A stretch of DNA of 64,000 bases from assembly GCA_014297435.1 (NCBI GenBank), contig JACOQA010000002.1:185961-249960 (forward strand), in the 5' to 3' direction. Each line of letters opens with the position of its first letter. Position 1 is the first letter of the stretch. The translations under genes and the position numbers were made by a program. This DNA comes from Candidatus Nanohaloarchaea archaeon. Lineage in GTDB: Archaea; Nanohalarchaeota; Nanosalinia; Nanosalinales; Nanosalinaceae. The notes under the pieces are model-generated. The model was not told the origin of the DNA. It was given only the letters and a program-made list of their open reading frames with translations, and searched no databases. Below, in pieces: positions 58,805 through 64,000 of this stretch.

Positions 58805-59809
58805 CTGTCGGGACTCCATAGCCTTCTCCAATTTTTCAACCCCGGACTCTACCCTATCCTCGGAGAACTCATGCTTCTCTACAAGAATTTCTTTTATCTT
58901 ATCAGGATCGGGCTCTCCGAAACTGTAATCAGCTTCTTTTACCGGAGGCTCGATAAAGAAATCTCTAATTATGTAGGGATCGTTATCTGAATCCCACTCG
59001 ACCTTGTCGTCCTCAAGTAAATTTTCCAAGCTCTCGTAATCCTTAACCAGCTTCAAAGCAGTTTTCGGACCTATTCCTTTTACACCGTCTGGATTGAAGT
59101 CTGTTCCCATCAAAACACCCATCCAAACCAGTTTTTCACGTGAAACATCTAAGTCCTCTAGAACTGTTTCTAGTTCTATTCTTTCGGTCGAAACCTTCTT
59201 CCTTGAACCCGATGAGGTTTTCCTGGTTTTACGAGAGGTCAAGTTCCGTACCATGGTTTCTGCGCCGAAAAGAAGACAGTCCCAGTCCTGAGAGCCCACG
59301 GCATAAATATCATTTTCTTCGTTAGATGCCATGTATGCGGCTTGAGCCTCGCCCTCGCTCGGAGCCTGGACGAAAGGTAGTCCCATGGCTTTAAGCAGTT
59401 CTTTAGATTCTTCTATCATGTCGCCAGTTATTTTTGAGCTTTGAGTGGCCTTTGAGTATGCCTCGGAAATCTTTCCTTCTTCCTTCAGTCTTTGCCATTC
59501 TTTCTTGGCTTCTTCACGTTTTTTCCTTCTTTTGGAAGTTTCTTTCTGTTTTAAGTCAGGCATCTCGCCGTCAAAAACAAATACAGGTCTAATATTTTTC
59601 TCCAGAAGGTTTATGTTTCGGTAGAAAAGCCCTGAGAGATGTGAGGTGACGTTGCCTTCGGAGTCCTTTAAAGGTGTTCCGTCGCGCTGTCTTATAATCG
59701 ACAGGAACTGGTAAAGTGTATTCATCGCATCGATCGCTAATTCTTTGTCATTCAAGTCGTCAAAACTGATCTCTTCCGGTTCAACCAGCTCACCTAGGTT
59801 TACTCCCAT
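58781..59809 (-). CDS. fen: Flap endonuclease 1
   Basis: MGVNL, LYQFLSIIRQRDG, APSEGEAQAA, SQDWDCLLFG, GTDFNPDGVKGIGPKTAL and PIP box QSGLGSF. Confidence 0.97.
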   Translation of the reverse strand: MGVNLGELVEPEEISFDDLNDKELAIDAMNTLYQFLSIIRQRDGTPLKDSEGNVTSHLSGLFYRNINLLEKNIRPVFVFDGEMPDLKQKETSKRRKKREEAKKEWQRLKEEGKISEAYSKATQSSKITGDMIEESKELLKAMGLPFVQAPSEGEAQAAYMASNEENDIYAVGSQDWDCLLFGAETMVRNLTSRKTRKTSSGSRKKVSTERIELETVLEDLDVSREKLVWMGVLMGTDFNPDGVKGIGPKTALKLVKDYESLENLLEDDKVEWDSDNDPYIIRDFFIEPPVKEADYSFGEPDPDKIKEILVEKHEFSEDRVESGVEKLEKAMESRQSGLGSFV

Positions 59810-59849
59810 GGCAAAAGATTTACGGCTTCAGCTTTAACAGTTCAACTGT

Positions 59850-59987
59850 ATGGAAATTGACAAACCATGTGAATACTGCAACCAGAAAATGGCGGTAACT
59901 AACTGCGAGCTATGTGGCTCAGCTATCTGTGCAGAATGCAAGCTTGAGAACGGCTGCAAAGTCTGCGGTGGAGAAAAGACTGTCTAG
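59850..59987 (+). CDS. 45-aa 8-Cys zinc-binding microprotein (not in ORF track)
   Basis: MEIDKPCEYCNQKMAVTNCELCGSAICAECKLENGCKVCGGEKTV, four CxxC pairs. Confidence 0.8.
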   Translation: MEIDKPCEYCNQKMAVTNCELCGSAICAECKLENGCKVCGGEKTV

Positions 59988-60892
59988 AGTTTCTTGAAAG
60001 CTTTCTTACCTAGCTCATAGCCGATAGCTCCAGGAATTCCTAATCCGATCAGTATCATCAGTATTTTGAAGCCTGTAAACATCCAGTCTATTGCGTCAGT
60101 AAACGTTGTCAGTAATGTTGTTGATATGGAGTCGATTGTGTCCTGAACTTCGCTTTTCAGACGGCTCCACAGGTCATCGGGAACTAGTTCGATATCTCTT
60201 TGCTCTTCAAGCCTTATGTCTACTGTAGCTAGCTCGCTTCTAGTCTTTTTGTTATCAAGATCTTGTAAGTAGTTGTTCATTTCCTGTGCGACCTGTTTCT
60301 CCTTGTCAGTAAGCTGTTTCAGGAGCTCGATCCGGTCGGAGTAGCTCTCAATATTCTTGACCTGGCGTCTAAGATCGTCGTAGTCTTTCAGTGTGTTGTT
60401 AAGTATTCTTATCTCTGAAACTGTTCTCTCTGTTGAGACCTTGTAGTTTCTTACCGTATAAGATTCAACATCGAACTCCTGTTTCAAGTTCTTTGTAAAG
60501 TTTGAGAAGTTGTTTTTAGGAATTCTGACTGTTAGATCTGCGTTGATGTAGAGGTCGCTGGTTGTCTTTGAAGAGCTTTCGAGAAAACCGTTGAAACTTT
60601 TTGAGACTGTTTCTATCTTTTTGATATCGTTTTCAATACTTTCAGATTTTATGTCAATGTTCGCTTCTTTCACTTCGACGTTGTTTCCTGAGCTTGGGTC
60701 ATCTGGGTTTATGGGTCCTGGAAAACTACTGTGCCGTGACTTGTCGAGATTGGCTGACTGCATATTACCGGTTAAAGAGCTCTGCTGTACAAAGACTCCT
60801 GCTAAGCCTATAGCTATTAGGAGAAGGATTCCTGCTATAACTGATAGTTCCTTGTTTTCGTATATTTTCTGTTTGACGGTGTCGGAATCCAT
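59984..60892 (-). CDS. DUF4349-like membrane-anchored protein
   Basis: N-terminal TM, GFLESSS...LTVRIPKNNF, coiled coil, ATVDIRL, C-terminal TM. Confidence 0.75.
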   Translation of the reverse strand: MDSDTVKQKIYENKELSVIAGILLLIAIGLAGVFVQQSSLTGNMQSANLDKSRHSSFPGPINPDDPSSGNNVEVKEANIDIKSESIENDIKKIETVSKSFNGFLESSSKTTSDLYINADLTVRIPKNNFSNFTKNLKQEFDVESYTVRNYKVSTERTVSEIRILNNTLKDYDDLRRQVKNIESYSDRIELLKQLTDKEKQVAQEMNNYLQDLDNKKTRSELATVDIRLEEQRDIELVPDDLWSRLKSEVQDTIDSISTTLLTTFTDAIDWMFTGFKILMILIGLGIPGAIGYELGKKAFKKL

Positions 60893-60955
60893 CTAGAAAA
60901 GTATATAGAATGCTTGTTTAAAAACGAAGAGGGTTTTTGATAGATAAGAATAGAA

Positions 60956-61210
60956 TTAGAGCTTGTCGAAGTGCTCTAACTCGAAACTCTGAACGTTCTC
61001 AAGCTTCTCAAGCTCTTCTTCGACAGCATCAGTTCCGCCCTCCTCATCGGTCGTGATGCATGACATCTTGATCGCTTTCAAGCCGAAGGCAACTTCCTCT
61101 TCTCCAATATCCTCTACATCAAGTCTTTCTCTTAGTTCTTCCTTGATTTGTTCTAGGTCTGTATCAGCGTCTTCCGGGCTGATCTTGTATACGCATGAAA
61201 TCTTTCCCAT
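60956..61210 (-). CDS. ef1b: Elongation factor 1-beta
   Basis: MGKI..YKISPEDAD, EEEVAFGLKAI, EGGTDAVEE..ENVQS; GAGGTAG SD. Confidence 0.95.
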   Translation of the reverse strand: MGKISCVYKISPEDADTDLEQIKEELRERLDVEDIGEEEVAFGLKAIKMSCITTDEEGGTDAVEEELEKLENVQSFELEHFDKL

Positions 61211-61274
61211 TTGAATCTACCTCTTAAGACGAGGTTTGAATGGAAGATTTAAAACAGCTTGAGTGAAAGACGGG

Positions 61275-61301
61275 CGACCGGGAAAAAGCTGTCCCCGGTC
61301 G
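61275..61301. other. GC-rich intergenic hairpin
   Basis: CGACCGGG(11-nt loop)CCCGGTCG, a perfect 8-bp stem. Confidence 0.6.
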
Positions 61302-61330
61302 GCAGAAATAGAGAAAATCGTTCTAAACTA

Positions 61331-61378
61331 TTAGAAGAGGTTGTTCAGTTTTTTCTTGATTTTTTCGATGATTCCCAT
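61331..61378 (-). CDS. 15-aa amphipathic micropeptide MGIIEKIKKKLNNLF (not in ORF track)
   Basis: GAGGTGA SD 6 nt before the ATG; tandem stops TAA TAG. Confidence 0.55.
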   Translation of the reverse strand: MGIIEKIKKKLNNLF

Positions 61379-61528
61379 TTTTTGTCACCTCGCATTGGTT
61401 TATCCGCGGTTTTAGTGCTCAGCCTATCTCTATTAACGGGTTTACTGACTGCTGTTCGAAACTTCAGCGCGGAGAAACTTAAAAACCCGGTCACTACTTT
61501 TAAAACCTGAGAACTATTCCAGCATAAA

Positions 61529-61600
61529 GCCCGCATGGTCTAGTGGAAAGACGGCACCTTGCGGAGGTGCAGATCCAGGGTTCAAATCCCTGTGCGGGCG
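61529..61600 (+). tRNA. tRNA-Arg(GCG)
   Basis: GCCCGCA/TGCGGGC acceptor stem, GCACC-TT-GCG-GA-GGTGC anticodon arm, CAGGG-TTCAAAT-CCCTG T arm; TTTTAAAA box about 25 nt upstream. Confidence 0.95.
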
Positions 61601-61696
61601 AGTCAATAGTTATTGTCTTGTCCTGAGAGGGCGAGTTTCTAACTTCTCATATCCCGTATACGCCTCTTTAAAAGAGGATTGGAACAACGGGAAATT

Positions 61697-62968
61697 ATGA
61701 CAAACATTCACAGCTACAACCCACAGAAGCGGTTAGACAACATTTTAGAATCCGATAAAATCTCAGAGCAGAACAAGAAAGACGTTAAGGAGTTCCATAG
61801 AGACCTTGAGGACAGGAAGCTCAGCAAGTCCAGAAGAGATCGTTACCTTCAGTCAGCGAAGCAGATTCTTGAATATGAGAAAAACGACTTTCGGCTGAAG
61901 GACGCAACTGAGGAACAGATCAGGAAGATCAACAGACAGATAGACAACTCTGCCTACTACAGTAGAGACTATGCACAGGAAACCAAGAAAGAATACAGGA
62001 AGTTTCTTCGTCTCTACGCCAAATTCTCAGAGTATGGAACTACTGAAACAGAGGACGGCAAGATACCTGACAAAGCGTCTTTCGTCAAGTTGACGGTCAG
62101 CGAGGACGCAAGAGACAGGACAGATCCAAGCAAGTTGCCAAAGGCAGAGGACATAAAGTATCTCTGTCAGAACCTCTCACTTCGCTACCGAGCCCTACTA
62201 CTTACACACTGGGACTTGGGAACAAGGATCAACGAAACCTTGAGAACAAGGATCAAAGACCATCACGAGGAGGATGGAAAGTCCTACATCTATGTCAGAG
62301 TCAACCCGAACCAGATCAGGGACGGCCCGAAGTCAGGTAGAAGGAAATGCCGTGTAAAGGTTGCGGCACCTGCCATAGATCGTTGGTTGGAGGAAGAGCA
62401 TCCGAATCCTGAAGATCCTGACGCCTATCTCTTCTGCCGATCCAAGGATTTCGAGGGAGATAGGGGTAAAAACGAGTTGGCTCTGACACCTGCGAGCTAC
62501 TCACACTTCAACAACAAGCTCAAGGAAGCGAAACAGGAAGAAGGTCTGGACAAAAAGGTCAATACGCACTCAATCAGGAAGGCGAGAATTACTTTCCTCA
62601 AGTCAAATCTCAAGATCAACGAATCGAAAGTTGACAAGAGAGTGGGTCACGTTCAGGGAAGTCGGGTTACGAGAGTCTACACAAGACTGGATGACTCAGA
62701 TAGCAACAACGCCTATGGGCAGGCATATGGAGAAGAGAATCCTGAGGAGAAGGAAAGCAACGATCTTGTACCTCTCAAATGTCAGGACTGTGGACAGACC
62801 AACGCAGGATACAGAGACAGATGCTACAGATGTAAAGGACTCTTGGAGATAAAGGAAGTTAAGGAGCTCAAGAAACCTGCGGCGAGAGCAAGAGAGATCG
62901 TATGGGAGAAACTTGAAGAAGAGGGTATAGCACAGGAAATAGTCGAAAGAACAGAGGAAGAAGCATAA
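61697..62968 (+). CDS. Tyrosine recombinase/integrase with a C-terminal zinc ribbon
   Basis: GTRINE (R), HSIRK (HxxR), VGH..S..T.VY (H, Y); CQDCG...CYRCK. Confidence 0.9.
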   Translation: MTNIHSYNPQKRLDNILESDKISEQNKKDVKEFHRDLEDRKLSKSRRDRYLQSAKQILEYEKNDFRLKDATEEQIRKINRQIDNSAYYSRDYAQETKKEYRKFLRLYAKFSEYGTTETEDGKIPDKASFVKLTVSEDARDRTDPSKLPKAEDIKYLCQNLSLRYRALLLTHWDLGTRINETLRTRIKDHHEEDGKSYIYVRVNPNQIRDGPKSGRRKCRVKVAAPAIDRWLEEEHPNPEDPDAYLFCRSKDFEGDRGKNELALTPASYSHFNNKLKEAKQEEGLDKKVNTHSIRKARITFLKSNLKINESKVDKRVGHVQGSRVTRVYTRLDDSDSNNAYGQAYGEENPEEKESNDLVPLKCQDCGQTNAGYRDRCYRCKGLLEIKEVKELKKPAARAREIVWEKLEEEGIAQEIVERTEEEA

Positions 62969-63049
62969 ATCCCTCCCTCTCCTTTCTATCTTCCCAATTA
63001 GTTCTTCTCAGTTACGAAAGACTTTATTTAATAAAAAAAAAGAGAATGT

Positions 63050-64000
63050 ATGGAGATTCAAAACCTCAGAACCTCTATCCCTAAACTAAACCACGATTCC
63101 AACTTTCCCTTCTTCGACCGGGGTCGAAAAGGTATTTCGCCTTTGATTGCGGCTGTCCTTCTAATCGCCTTCACTATGGCTGTCGCCACGATAGCAGGGC
63201 CGTGGATGACCCAACTGCTTCAAAACACGCAGGAAGGTGTTTCAGATCAAGCAGTCGATGTTACACGTGCCTCCAATCTTGGTCTGGAGATTATGTCTGT
63301 TGAATTTAATCGTTCGAGTAACGAGCTTGAAGTCGTGGTTCAGAACACGGGAGAGCCGATTAACAACAAGACAAACGTTTCTATCGGAGTGATAGGTGGT
63401 TCTGTTGCTAAAACTCAGCAGTATGATGTAGATTTATCTGCGAGAGAGATCACTACTTTGAACTTGCCTGTAGACAGGACTTATCCTCTTGATACAGTTC
63501 AAGCAAGTCTTACAACTTATCCTGTCTCCACAGAATCAGGAATAAAATGTACGCCTACAAAAGGATTGGTCGGTTACTGGACATTTAACGAAGAACAGAC
63601 ACAAAATGGATGGGCAGTAGACCTTTCAGGATATGGAAATAATGGCAGTATTGAAAATTCAGTCGATAGTGGGGAGATTGGAAAAGTAGGTGGTAGCTAT
63701 GAATTTAGTGGGGGAAATCTGCGAGTTTCAGATAGCAATTCTCTTGATATGGACAAGGTAACTGCTCTTGCGTGGGCTAAATCCGATGGAACGGGTCATC
63801 CATATGGTAATATATTGAATAGAGGCAACAGCCCCTACTGGGCTAATCAAGAACACTCCTTCGCTTTTAGAGAAATCACAGATGGAATAAACCGATGGAA
63901 CTGGGGGATTATAACTGAGGATGTGAAACATCCAAGAATAAACGGTAATGGTCTTTACTACAGGCAGAACGAATGGCAATTCGTAGGTTTAAGGTTTAAC
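63050..64000 (+). CDS. Archaeal pilin N-terminus fused to a LamG/ConA-like domain (truncated by window end; not in ORF track)
   Basis: RKG-ISPLIAAVLLIAFTMAVA signal, VVQNTG pilin domain, then GLVGYWTFNE...AVDLSGYGNNG...GKVGGSYEFSG...TALAWAK...NEWQFV; frame open to 64000. Confidence 0.85.
   Translation, partial: MEIQNLRTSIPKLNHDSNFPFFDRGRKGISPLIAAVLLIAFTMAVATIAGPWMTQLLQNTQEGVSDQAVDVTRASNLGLEIMSVEFNRSSNELEVVVQNTGEPINNKTNVSIGVIGGSVAKTQQYDVDLSAREITTLNLPVDRTYPLDTVQASLTTYPVSTESGIKCTPTKGLVGYWTFNEEQTQNGWAVDLSGYGNNGSIENSVDSGEIGKVGGSYEFSGGNLRVSDSNSLDMDKVTALAWAKSDGTGHPYGNILNRGNSPYWANQEHSFAFREITDGINRWNWGIITEDVKHPRINGNGLYYRQNEWQFVGLRFN

Larger units (their letters stand above)
61601..64000 (+). mobile_element. 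Probable left end of an element integrated at tRNA-Arg
   Basis: Integrase begins about 100 nt after the tRNA 3' end; the other att site is not within the window. Confidence 0.55.

Noticed and set aside
56784-58839. Long Ser/Leu/Phe-rich minus-strand ORFs (similar ones occur at 26849-29228)
   Set aside because: They are antisense shadows of Glu/Asp-rich genes
61259-61536. 83-aa and 63-aa track ORFs; hairpin as a SECIS element
   Set aside because: The ORFs lack SD sites and protein-like composition, and no selenoprotein with an in-frame TGA is evident
63728-63979. 83-aa minus-strand ORF
   Set aside because: It is antisense to the pilin-LamG gene
1-64000. CRISPR array, rRNA genes, IS transposases
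   Set aside because: No regularly spaced direct repeats, long structured non-coding tracts or transposase motifs were seen

Overview
Gene-dense archaeal DNA with a strongly acidic predicted proteome. It is most consistent with a nanohaloarchaeon (DPANN); this is inferred from archaeal housekeeping genes, the acidic bias and very short intergenic spaces. Housekeeping genes include an AglH-like GlcNAc-1-P transferase, aglB, secF/secD, NAC, an OGG-type glycosylase, a SAMP/ThiS protein, a PRC-barrel protein, HtrA, pelota, Trm5, Dph5, Alba, gpmI, FEN-1, EF-1beta, tRNA-Ser(GCT) and tRNA-Arg(GCG). Most of the remainder encodes cell-surface machinery: four paralogous lipoprotein or membrane-anchored proteins (19-25 kb), two large Ig-like surface proteins, and a ~19 kb type IV pilus-like locus (35-54 kb). 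That locus has a large secretion ATPase, a TadC-like platform, about a dozen pilin-like ORFs (three too short for the ORF track), two tandem cysteine-rich putative adhesins and an adjacent operon of small membrane and coiled-coil proteins. Four genes in and next to the locus may start at ATT/ATC codons placed at the usual Shine-Dalgarno spacing. The window ends with a 15-aa amphipathic micro-ORF, tRNA-Arg, a tyrosine integrase and a truncated pilin-LamG fusion, probably the left end of an integrated element. No CRISPR array or rRNA was seen. All calls come from reading motifs by eye; no database searches were run.
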